Source: a virus
Lineage: Duplodnaviria > Caudoviricetes
Length of the DNA: 38,227 bases
Virus record (IMG/VR): IMGVR_UViG_3300005263_000001
Coordinates: 1-38,227 of that record
Direction: 5' to 3' (one strand)
The position numbers and the translations under genes are program-made. The notes beneath the pieces are model-generated. The model made no database searches. It was not told where the DNA came from and saw only the letters and a program-made list of their open reading frames with translations. Positions within the stretch are counted from its first letter, which is position 1, and every line of letters starts with the position of its first letter. Below are positions 24,379 to 33,443 of the stretch, in pieces.

Positions 24379-25877
24379 CGCTTGCTCCTGCTCCGATCCG
24401 CGAGGACATCCAGCCCATGCCCCCGGCGTGGTCGATCTGGTTCCAGAACGCGGTGCAGGCGATCAACAGCGGCGGTGGAAGTGCTTGGGGCTCCATCACG
24501 GGCACTCTCGCAGATCAGACGGACCTCCAGGCGGCTCTGAACGCAAAGCAGGCGGCGTATACAATCCTGACCACCTTCGGGAGCCTCCCCGATGCGGCTG
24601 GCTATCTCTACAACGATGGCTCCGGGGTTCTGAGCTACACGACCCCCGCGGGTTCGGGCACCGTGACAACGGTCTCTGTGGCCTCTGCGAATGGTTTTGC
24701 GGGGACGGTAGCCAATGCCACCACCACCCCCGCCATCACGCTCACCACGACCATCACGGGGCTTCTGAAGGGCAACGGCACGGCCATCAGCGCGGCCGCT
24801 GCCGGGACGGACTACCAGGCCCCATACGCCAATCTGACCTCTATTGGTGGCCTCGCTAACGCTTCGGGAGCCCTGACCAATAATGGGGCAGGCGTTTTCA
24901 GCTATGCGTCCTACCAGCCCTTGACCACAAACCTGACCTCCATCGGAGGTCTGGCAAATGCCCTCGGATGGCTAAAGAACGATGGTGCTGGGGGATTCAG
25001 CTACTCGACCCCCACGGCTTCCCAGGTCGGGGCCATGCCTGCTGTTGCCAATCTGACCCTCACGGCCCCGGCATCGGCCACCACCCTCACACTTGCCAGC
25101 GGCTCGACCTTCACCACGGCTGGGGCATTTGCTTTCCAGTTCACGATTCCTGGGGCCTTTACCTACACTTTCCCCGGAGCGACCAGCACCCTGGCCCGTA
25201 GCGATGCGGCGCAGACCTTCACGGGTGTTCAGACTTTCTCGGCTACTTCGGTCTTTACCCTTGGTCACACCCTGACCGCGAGTGCTGCTGTGGCTACCGC
25301 TGGGTATATGGGCTATGACTCCACCCAGCTTTCCCACGGCTTCTTTGCCCGTGGCGTGAAGCAGATGAACACTACGACCCTGTTCACGCAGACCGCGACA
25401 GGGACGAACGGCGCTAACACGGCCATCACGAACATTCTCGGCACGGGCACGGGCACCGCGGTCCTCCCGGCTACCTGGACGCTCACGGGCAAGACAGTCC
25501 GAATCCGCGTGTGGGGAACGGTCACAACTGCCGCTGCCCCTGGGACAACCGTCATCACGCTTCGGTGGAACGCAGGAACGCCCGTGAGCATCGTTGCCAG
25601 TCCCAGCCTGACGCTCACGGCGTCCATGACCTCCCAGCCGTTCATGATCGACCTGACCGCTACCTGCCGGTCGGCTACCTCCGTGATGGCCGGTGGAACC
25701 TTCACGGTGTCCAACTCGACCACAGGTATCAGCGCTCTGGTGGTCCCGATTGGCACGACCACGGCGGCGACTGTGGTCCAGGCAACCTCCTACACGCTGG
25801 AAGTCTGTGCCACCAACGGCACGGCCAGCGGAACGGTTTACACCACGCAGGGCGCAAGTATCGAGGTGCTGAATTGA
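24375..25877 (+). CDS. Tail needle/fibre in the gp26 position
   Basis: N-terminal W..WF motif, WGSITGTLADQTDLQ, three ~31-aa repeats, Thr-rich C-terminal domain. Confidence 0.7.
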   Translation: MTLAPAPIREDIQPMPPAWSIWFQNAVQAINSGGGSAWGSITGTLADQTDLQAALNAKQAAYTILTTFGSLPDAAGYLYNDGSGVLSYTTPAGSGTVTTVSVASANGFAGTVANATTTPAITLTTTITGLLKGNGTAISAAAAGTDYQAPYANLTSIGGLANASGALTNNGAGVFSYASYQPLTTNLTSIGGLANALGWLKNDGAGGFSYSTPTASQVGAMPAVANLTLTAPASATTLTLASGSTFTTAGAFAFQFTIPGAFTYTFPGATSTLARSDAAQTFTGVQTFSATSVFTLGHTLTASAAVATAGYMGYDSTQLSHGFFARGVKQMNTTTLFTQTATGTNGANTAITNILGTGTGTAVLPATWTLTGKTVRIRVWGTVTTAAAPGTTVITLRWNAGTPVSIVASPSLTLTASMTSQPFMIDLTATCRSATSVMAGGTFTVSNSTTGISALVVPIGTTTAATVVQATSYTLEVCATNGTASGTVYTTQGASIEVLN

Positions 25878-26692
25878 CCACCTTCCAGGTTGAATACCGC
25901 GACGATTTGGGGCTAGCGCTGCCTCAGATGGAAAAGCAGATGCTCAATCTGCCGCAGGAAGTCGCCCCGGTTATTCACCGCTTCGCACCTGGCCTGTATA
26001 TCCGCGAGGTCATGCTTCCCGGTGGGACATTCGCCATCGGTCATGAGCAGACCACGGAACACCTGAACATCATGCTCAAGGGCAAGGTCCACATGGCAGA
26101 TGGGGCCACGCTCACGGCTCCAATGATCTTCGTGGGCAAACCTGGCCGTAAGTGCGGCTTCATCGAGGAAGACACGGTTTGGCTGAATGTCTACGCCACC
26201 GAGGAAACCGATGTGGAGAAGCTGGAGGCCACCTACCTGAAAAAGTCGGAAGTGTTCAAGGAACACAAGACCGAGCAGATGGGGACCGAGGAAGCCCGTG
26301 AGGACTTCGCCCGGATGCTGGATGACCTCGGAGTGACCGCTGAACTCGTGGGCCAGCAGAGCCAGAACGAATCCGACCAGATCCCCATGCCGCATGGCTC
26401 CTACAAGTTCCAGGTGGCACCTTCTCAGATCCACGGGCGCGGGGTGTTCTCCTGCGGTGGGTATGAGGCCGGTGAACTCATCGGGGAAGCCAATGTGAAG
26501 GGCTGTAGAACCCCCCTGGGGCGCTACACGAACCACTCTGGCACCCCTAACGCTCAGATGGTCCGTCATGCCTCGGGGATCAACCTCGTGGCGCTGCGGC
26601 CCATCGAGGCACAGAAGGGCGGGCAGTTGGGCGAAGAAATCACGGTCGATTACCGACAGGCGCGAATGGAGGCACTTCAATGTCTAGCGTAG
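25874..26692 (+). CDS. Cupin-like + SET-domain fusion (putative protein-lysine methyltransferase)
   Basis: TTG start after GAGGTG; N-terminal HRFAPGLYIRE...H.H; C-terminal S.IHGRGVF, RYTNHS..PNA, GEEITVDY. Confidence 0.85.
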   Translation: MTTFQVEYRDDLGLALPQMEKQMLNLPQEVAPVIHRFAPGLYIREVMLPGGTFAIGHEQTTEHLNIMLKGKVHMADGATLTAPMIFVGKPGRKCGFIEEDTVWLNVYATEETDVEKLEATYLKKSEVFKEHKTEQMGTEEAREDFARMLDDLGVTAELVGQQSQNESDQIPMPHGSYKFQVAPSQIHGRGVFSCGGYEAGELIGEANVKGCRTPLGRYTNHSGTPNAQMVRHASGINLVALRPIEAQKGGQLGEEITVDYRQARMEALQCLA

Positions 26693-27516
26693 CTACTATC
26701 TCGGCGGTTGCGGCTATCGGCGGGTCGATGATCCAGGCCAACGCATCCAGGAATGCGGCTGACCGTGCCCAGGGTGCGGCTCGGGACGCCAATTCCCTTC
26801 AGTGGAATATGTTCCAGCAGAACCGGAACGACCAGGCCCCCTGGCGGACCACGGGCGGGGCTGCGCTGGGCCAGTTGGGAAACCTCATGGGGCTCAACTC
26901 TCAGGCCACCTTCAACGAGGATGCCTACCTCAAGGCGCATCCAGAGGCCCAGGCCCGTATGTTCAACACCGGCATGAGCGCCTATGAAGACGCCATGAAG
27001 CAGTATGGCGGGGCGGGTTCTGCCGATCTGGAGCAGTTCTTCACCCGTGGGCAGGACTTCGGCTCGATGTCGAAGGACTTCAGCATGGCCGATTATCAGC
27101 AGGACCCTGGCTATCAGTTCCGGCTTGAGCAGGGCGCCAAGGCTCTGGAACGGGCTGGAGCGGCCAAGGGTGCCCAGTTGTCCGGCGCTCAGATGAAGGG
27201 CCTGACCGACTACAACTCCGGCATGGCCTCCCAGGAATACGGCAACGCCTACAACCGTTTCATGCAGAACCGGACTACCCGCTTCGGTGAACTGTCGAAC
27301 CTTGCCGGTTTGGGCCAGTCCAGCGTGGGCCAGACAGGGCAACTTGGGCAGAACGCGGCTACCAACATGGGCAATAACCTCACGGGTGCCGCGAACATGA
27401 GCGGAGCGGCTGGGCTTGCCGGTGCCAATGCCATGACGGGTGCGCTCAACTCTGCGGCGAATAACTGGAATTCCTACGTCCAGAACCAGCAGCAGCAGGC
27501 TAACCGGATCGGCTAA
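26680..27516 (+). CDS. DNA ejection/pilot protein, gp7-like
   Basis: Ala/Gly/Gln-rich; DPGYQFRL.QG..A....AA.G..LSG; ASQEYGNAYNR. Confidence 0.85.
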   Translation: MSSVATISAVAAIGGSMIQANASRNAADRAQGAARDANSLQWNMFQQNRNDQAPWRTTGGAALGQLGNLMGLNSQATFNEDAYLKAHPEAQARMFNTGMSAYEDAMKQYGGAGSADLEQFFTRGQDFGSMSKDFSMADYQQDPGYQFRLEQGAKALERAGAAKGAQLSGAQMKGLTDYNSGMASQEYGNAYNRFMQNRTTRFGELSNLAGLGQSSVGQTGQLGQNAATNMGNNLTGAANMSGAAGLAGANAMTGALNSAANNWNSYVQNQQQQANRIG

Positions 27517-27525
27517 GGGGGAAAC

Positions 27526-29031
27526 ATGGCGCTCGATCCTTCAATCTTCAGCATGGCGAACCGGCCCACGGTTGCGCTTGAAAACCCGATGGACATTGCC
27601 ATGAAGCAAATGGCGATGCAGCAGGCCCGTCAGCAGATGGAATCCGGCAATCTCGACCTCCAGGGCAAGCGTCAGTCGTTGGCCGATGCAGCCGCGATGC
27701 GTCAGGATGTGGCGGCAGCGAATGGCGACCCCGAAGCCCTCAAGGCGGCTCTGCTCAAGCGTGGGAAGGTCAAGGAAGTCCACGAGATGACCACCGCTGG
27801 CCTCCAGGCGCAGAAGGCGGCTCACGATGAGCAGAAGGCCAAGCTTGAGGCCCTGTCGTCCCACAATCAGCGCATGGCGGCTCTGTTTGGTTCCGTGACC
27901 GATCAGAACTCCTACCAGTTGGCCGTTCAGCAGGCCCAGGAAGAGGCCAAAACCACCGGGATGCCCGTTGCTCCCATGCCTCCGCAGTATGATCCGGCCT
28001 TCGTCCAGAACGCTCTCAAGCGGTCTATGACGGTCCAGCAGCAGTTGGACGCGGCTAAAGCTCAGTTGGAGGCCACCAAGTTCTCAGGGTTCCACGCTGG
28101 AGCGGATCAAACCGCCTATCAGGTCAACGGCGCGGGACAGGCTCGGCAGATCACGGGGCCGGATGGGAAGCCGCTGCGGGTCCCCCCCCCTCAGACCGCC
28201 ATTGCCATGCAGCAGATGAACAGCACCTATGACGGGTCTACGCCCCTGAACCCTGGGCTTGAAGCCATCGCAAAGGGCATCGCAAAGGGCGACCAGGACA
28301 TGCTCGTCAGCGCTCGGTCAATGCCCAAGTTCGCCGACATCAACGCCCGTGCTGCTTTCATCAGGGATCAGGCAGGCCAGGGCGATCTGTTGGGCAAGTC
28401 TCAGGTTCAGGCCCGTGCCTCCAGCCTCAAGGACTTTGAGACGGGTGGCAAGTCGGGTCAGACGATCAACGCCCTGAACACGATGACGGAACACCTCAAC
28501 ACGGCGGCTCGGCTGTCCCAGGCGCTCCAGAATGGCGATATCCAGTTGGTCAACAAGATCCGGCAGGAACTTCAGAAGCAGACCGGAAGCCCTGCGCCTA
28601 CGGACTTCGCCACACTCAAGCAGTTCCTAGCGGGTGAAGTCGCCAAGGTCGCATCCGGCAACCACATCACGGAAGCCGAGATCAAGTCCGCATCGGAGAG
28701 GCTGAACGCAGCGCAGAGCCCCGCACAGTTGGCCGGTGTCCTTTCGACCATGCAGGAGGTGGCAGGCGGCAAACTGGTCGCCTTGAACCAGGACTACAAG
28801 CGCATCACGGGCAAGACGCTGGAGGATGACAAGAGGCTCACTCCCGCCACGGCTAAGGCGTTCAAGACCGCCCAGCAGCATATTGAGGGGGCTTCTGCCA
28901 CTGAGGCATCCAAACCCTACGCGGGTCGGTATCTGTCCAAGGACGCGGTTGCCAAGATCGCCACGCAGAAGGGCATGACCTACGCCCAGGCTGAGAAGCA
29001 GTTCACCGATGGCGGCGGGGTGGTTAAGTGA
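27526..29031 (+). CDS. DNA ejection protein, gp20-like
   Basis: MALDPSI N-terminus; Gln/Ala-rich helical; synteny. Confidence 0.7.
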   Translation: MALDPSIFSMANRPTVALENPMDIAMKQMAMQQARQQMESGNLDLQGKRQSLADAAAMRQDVAAANGDPEALKAALLKRGKVKEVHEMTTAGLQAQKAAHDEQKAKLEALSSHNQRMAALFGSVTDQNSYQLAVQQAQEEAKTTGMPVAPMPPQYDPAFVQNALKRSMTVQQQLDAAKAQLEATKFSGFHAGADQTAYQVNGAGQARQITGPDGKPLRVPPPQTAIAMQQMNSTYDGSTPLNPGLEAIAKGIAKGDQDMLVSARSMPKFADINARAAFIRDQAGQGDLLGKSQVQARASSLKDFETGGKSGQTINALNTMTEHLNTAARLSQALQNGDIQLVNKIRQELQKQTGSPAPTDFATLKQFLAGEVAKVASGNHITEAEIKSASERLNAAQSPAQLAGVLSTMQEVAGGKLVALNQDYKRITGKTLEDDKRLTPATAKAFKTAQQHIEGASATEASKPYAGRYLSKDAVAKIATQKGMTYAQAEKQFTDGGGVVK

Positions 29032-31544
29032 GCGATCCCTTCCTGGAGGCATCCAAGCCGGTAGCAGATGATCCGTTCCTTGCGGCTTCCAAGCCTGTTG
29101 ATGGTGACTGGCAATCCCGTGTAAAGCCCATCGACCTCGGCAACGGTAAGCAGTCCGTCCAGCGTGAGGATGGCGGGGTTTACTTCGGCCCCGATCAGGG
29201 CAATAAGGGCAAGCCGGGATGGTTCGACGCCAAGGGCATGAGGCTCGGAGACGCACCGGGCAAGCCTACGGGGTTCATGGACTCGCTGACCAACGACCTA
29301 CAGGCCAAGGCCCAGCAGGACCGTCAGAAATCCTTTGTCGGCGGCTTGGTGCCCAACCAGGTCGGCGGCATGACTGGCGGCTTGGTCAAGGGCGGAATGG
29401 CTGCGGCCCAGCTTGGCGCTCACGCTCTTGGCTCTAGCGCGATGGATCGCCCTGTTGAGCAGTATGGGCAGTTCCAGCGTGAGAACTTCGGAGAACAGCC
29501 CGTCATGGAGGCTGTGGGCCAGGTCGCCCCGTTTGTTGGCACGGGTGGCAGTTCTGCGGCTCCACAGGTTCTGTCCACGGCTCAGAAGGTTCGCGCTGCG
29601 CTTGCGGCCATCGGCAAGGCTTGGGCCACGGGTGCTGTTGCTGCCCCTGCCCTGACCCCGGAAGAGGGCGTTAAGGATGCCCAGGACTTCTGGCAGCGGA
29701 AGCTGGCAGAGGCCAAGTTGGGCGGCAAGGCTGGCCTTGTCCTTGGTGGCATCGGGCAGGGCGTGGGCGCTGTCGCAACTCGGCTCAAGTCCGCTTTGAC
29801 CCCCGAGGCCCAGGCCATCCAGGATCTCGGAGATCGGTTCGGGGTTCGGACGCTTGCCCCGGATCTGACCGCAACTCCCGGCATGAACAAAGCCGCTGTG
29901 CTGGCTGAGTCCGTTCCCGGTTCGGGAATGGTGAATCAGCGGCTAGCTCAGCAGGCCGAGGCCAAGGCTGCGGCTCAGAAACTCCTAGATCAGCATGGGA
30001 TCGAGGGTGATGCTTCCACCAAGATCCAGGAGGGTCTCCAGAAGCGCCTAGCGAGTGCCAAGTCTGCGGCCAAGGCCGCGTATGACCATGTTGCCCAACT
30101 CGCAGAGGGCAAGGGCGAAGTCCCGTTGGATGAAACCCTCAAGGCCATTCAGGATTTCAAGGCCAAGGAAGCCGCTGCCGTGGTCCCTGACCAGGGCTTG
30201 ATCGGGCTGCTCGACAAGATGGAATCACGGATCAAGTCTGGACAGAGCAGCAATGCGGTTACGGTTGCCCGGAAACGAGGTGCGTCTACGGATTACTTCA
30301 TCAACTCCGCAGAAGGAAAGCCAATTGGCGGTGGGGGTGTCGTTGAAACTCCAGAATCCATCCAGGCAAGGGCTTTTAGAATTACTGAAGATACCAATCG
30401 TGGGTCGGGGGATGGGGTAAGGGCCTATAAGTTTTGGGCGGATAAAGCGATTAAGGAGGGAAAACCGTTCCTGAGTGATGAGGTTGTCACGCCGGATGCG
30501 GCAAATATCTACAAAGCGCTTGAGAAGCGTGGGTACACAGTAGAAAAGAACCCCGCTGCGTATTTTGAGGATGGGAGCTGGATGGCTCCTGGCAAGTGGG
30601 TATTTAGGATCATAGGTGGTCCAAAGGCTGGCGTTGACCTGTCCTACCAGGGCGTCAGGGGACTCCGGTCTGATCTCGGCTCAATGATCTCGGACTACTA
30701 CAAGGGCACCAATGCGGCCACCGGCTCCAAGGGCGTCAATGTCCTCCAGGGCATCAAGGGAGCTATTGAGGGCGATCTAAACGCCTTCACGACCAAGAAC
30801 GGCCCCGAGATTGCCGCCGCCGCAAAGAAGGCCGATGCCATCTACAAGGGCGAGGTGGTCCCATTCAAGGACCGTGCGCTGGCCTCTGCGGTGAAGTCCT
30901 CGGAGCCCGACCAGATCTACCGCACCTTCATCCAGCAGGGTAAGGGGGACAGGGCACAGAAGTTCTACAACGCTCTGGACCCCGAAGGCCAAGCCGCTGT
31001 CCGGTCACAGATGGTCCGGGACGCTTTCGAGAAGGCCACAGAGAAAGACGGTGTGTTCAGCCCTGCCAAGTTCGCCCAATCGCTTGAGAAGGTCAAAGAC
31101 GCGTCCGGCGTGTTCTTCAAGGGCCAGGACAAGTTTGAACTGGACGGATTTACCAACCTCATGCGCCACATTCAGAGGGCCGGTCAGGTTGCCGAGAATC
31201 CCCCCACGGGCCAGCGGCTTATCCTCGCGGCGTTGGCAGGTGAAAGCGCGGGAACCCTTGGGAGGATGGCGGGGCATGGCCCTGAGGCTGGCGTGGCCGG
31301 TCTAGCTACCGCAGCCACCGCCATGACTTCGGCTCGGCTGCTGACCAAACTCTTTAGCTCCAAGGTCGGCAAATCCTTACTCCTTGCCGCCTCAGACGCT
31401 CCAGTCGGTAGCTCGGCTATGGAACGGCTCATTGAGAAGGATCTACCCAAGCTCATGGGCTCGGCTCCCAATGTCACCCCGCTTCGCACTCTCCCCGCAG
31501 CCGCATCAACCGGAACCCCTGACCAGATCGCCAAGTCCGAATAG
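29028..31544 (+). CDS. Large DNA ejection protein, gp16-like, with an inserted domain
   Basis: DPFL repeats, Gly/Ala-rich helices, FSPAKF; synteny. Confidence 0.75.
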   Translation: MSDPFLEASKPVADDPFLAASKPVDGDWQSRVKPIDLGNGKQSVQREDGGVYFGPDQGNKGKPGWFDAKGMRLGDAPGKPTGFMDSLTNDLQAKAQQDRQKSFVGGLVPNQVGGMTGGLVKGGMAAAQLGAHALGSSAMDRPVEQYGQFQRENFGEQPVMEAVGQVAPFVGTGGSSAAPQVLSTAQKVRAALAAIGKAWATGAVAAPALTPEEGVKDAQDFWQRKLAEAKLGGKAGLVLGGIGQGVGAVATRLKSALTPEAQAIQDLGDRFGVRTLAPDLTATPGMNKAAVLAESVPGSGMVNQRLAQQAEAKAAAQKLLDQHGIEGDASTKIQEGLQKRLASAKSAAKAAYDHVAQLAEGKGEVPLDETLKAIQDFKAKEAAAVVPDQGLIGLLDKMESRIKSGQSSNAVTVARKRGASTDYFINSAEGKPIGGGGVVETPESIQARAFRITEDTNRGSGDGVRAYKFWADKAIKEGKPFLSDEVVTPDAANIYKALEKRGYTVEKNPAAYFEDGSWMAPGKWVFRIIGGPKAGVDLSYQGVRGLRSDLGSMISDYYKGTNAATGSKGVNVLQGIKGAIEGDLNAFTTKNGPEIAAAAKKADAIYKGEVVPFKDRALASAVKSSEPDQIYRTFIQQGKGDRAQKFYNALDPEGQAAVRSQMVRDAFEKATEKDGVFSPAKFAQSLEKVKDASGVFFKGQDKFELDGFTNLMRHIQRAGQVAENPPTGQRLILAALAGESAGTLGRMAGHGPEAGVAGLATAATAMTSARLLTKLFSSKVGKSLLLAASDAPVGSSAMERLIEKDLPKLMGSAPNVTPLRTLPAAASTGTPDQIAKSE

Positions 31545-31587
31545 ACAACCCCTCCCTTGACCGTCAATCGGTCCCCTCGGAGAACAC

Positions 31588-33441
31588 ATGACCGCCTTAC
31601 TGGCTCCATTTCCCAAATTCAAGGCTACGGACGGTGCGGGGGCTACCCTTCCCGGTGCCCTACTCTACACCTACGCAGCGGGGACCACGACTCCCCTTGC
31701 AACCTGCACCGATTCAACGGGCGCGGTGTTCAACACGAATCCCGTGGTCTGCAATGCTTCGGGTGAGGCCAATGTCTGGCTTACCGCTGGGACGGCGTAT
31801 AAGTTCGTCCTGACGGATTCCGTGGGCGTGGTCCAGTGGACGGTGGACCAGATCACAGGCGGTCTACAGGGGCAAGCTGGCGACCCCGGCAGCACCTGGC
31901 GGAACGGTGCGGGTGTCCCCTCGGATTCCATTGGAAGCAATGGGGACTATTACCTCGACACGAACACGGGCGACATTTACGCCAAGTCCACGGGCGCCTA
32001 TGGGCTCGTGATGAACATCAAGGGGCCTCCGGGTTCCTCGGTCAATGTCATCAAGAACGGCTCGTTCTACGAGGGCCTGAACCCCTGGAACAGTCTGGCC
32101 TCTGCGCCTTCGGCTGGCGTGACTCCCACGGCTCCCAGCATCGGAACGGGACACACGGCGGCATCCAGCGCGGCTCAACTCCTGTGCCCCTCCACTGACT
32201 TTGCGGTAGCCAAAATCTACCGTGGCTCTGTGTCTCAGGGCTTTTCGATCCCGGTTCCCCAGGGGACGAACACCCTTACCTTCTGGACCACCTGCTACCT
32301 GGAAACCGTTTCGGCCTTCGTTTCCAACGATGGCTATGTCAAGGCGTATTTGTTCAGCCAGACCGCGGGGACGGAAACCCTGCTCCAGACCTACACCCTG
32401 ACCGCAACCTCGGCAACGCCTGTCTGGACCCAGCAGAGCATTGATCTGACCGCCTCCCTACCTGCTCAGGGTGACTACGGCATCCGATTTGAGATTCAGT
32501 CGGCCTGCAACAACACGGGCGGGACCGGAACCAACAAGGGCACGATCACGGCGATTGACGATATCACCCTGCTCGTGACCTCTGCTGGCGTGACTGGCCC
32601 CACGGGTGCCACAGGACCTCAGGGGCCAGCAGGCCCTGCGGGAACGGCCACCTACCTCCAGAAGACCACCTATACCTCCAACGCGACCTACACCACTGGC
32701 CCAAATACCGTCTGGCTCGATGTGACCTGCACGGGCGGGGGTGGCGGCGGCGCTGGCTATCGGACCCTGGACGACATGGCCGGGGGCGGTGGTGGCGCAG
32801 GCGGGACCATCAAGAAGCGTATCGCCGTGACCGCTTCCACTGGCTACGCCATCGTCATTGGCGCAGCGGGAACGGGTGGCGCGGTCAACGCTTCGGGCAC
32901 CGCTGGGGCCGATACGACCTTCGGCGCAACGCTTGTGGTGGGCAAGGCGGGGGCTGCTGGTTCCGTGACCGGAACGGGTGGGATCGGTGGCGATGCTGGG
33001 GTATATCTCGGCGGTGCCGCTGGAACTGCGGGTGCTGCCCTTGATGTCGCTGCTACGGCGGGGACTTCCACGACCTCCCATGTGAACATCGACATCCTTG
33101 CTGCCATTCCTGGCGGCGGGGGCGGCGGTGGAGCGTTCCCGAATACGACCGCCTACGCTGGCAAGGCTGGCGGTGCGACTGACGCCTATGCGGGTGGCGT
33201 GGCCTTCGCTGGGACGGGCGTTGCCGGAGAAGCCTACGCAGGCGGCGGCGGTTCGTCTGCCTGGGGTCAGGGTGGCAGGGGCGCCAACAATGCGGCGGCG
33301 GCTCCGAATAAGAGCGATTCGACTTCCCCCTCTGCCACTTCCTACGGTGCGGGTGGAGGCGGTGGCTGTGCCTTCTACGGGACGGGTGCCGGGAAGAACG
33401 GTGCCTCTGGTGTGTGTGTGGTCGAAGAGATCAGGGGTTAA
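31588..33441 (+). CDS. Tail fibre: head-binding N-terminus, CBM-like middle, collagen linker, Gly-rich C-terminus
   Basis: LYTYAAGTTTPLAT..D......NTNPVV; GPTGATGPQGPAGPAG; GGGGGGAG blocks. Confidence 0.85.
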   Translation: MTALLAPFPKFKATDGAGATLPGALLYTYAAGTTTPLATCTDSTGAVFNTNPVVCNASGEANVWLTAGTAYKFVLTDSVGVVQWTVDQITGGLQGQAGDPGSTWRNGAGVPSDSIGSNGDYYLDTNTGDIYAKSTGAYGLVMNIKGPPGSSVNVIKNGSFYEGLNPWNSLASAPSAGVTPTAPSIGTGHTAASSAAQLLCPSTDFAVAKIYRGSVSQGFSIPVPQGTNTLTFWTTCYLETVSAFVSNDGYVKAYLFSQTAGTETLLQTYTLTATSATPVWTQQSIDLTASLPAQGDYGIRFEIQSACNNTGGTGTNKGTITAIDDITLLVTSAGVTGPTGATGPQGPAGPAGTATYLQKTTYTSNATYTTGPNTVWLDVTCTGGGGGGAGYRTLDDMAGGGGGAGGTIKKRIAVTASTGYAIVIGAAGTGGAVNASGTAGADTTFGATLVVGKAGAAGSVTGTGGIGGDAGVYLGGAAGTAGAALDVAATAGTSTTSHVNIDILAAIPGGGGGGGAFPNTTAYAGKAGGATDAYAGGVAFAGTGVAGEAYAGGGGSSAWGQGGRGANNAAAAPNKSDSTSPSATSYGAGGGGGCAFYGTGAGKNGASGVCVVEEIRG

Positions 33442-33443
33442 CC

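Noticed and set aside
25511-25873. N-terminal extension of the SET ORF in the track
   Set aside because: It overlaps the fibre gene in another frame; the RBS and TTG at 25874 give a better start
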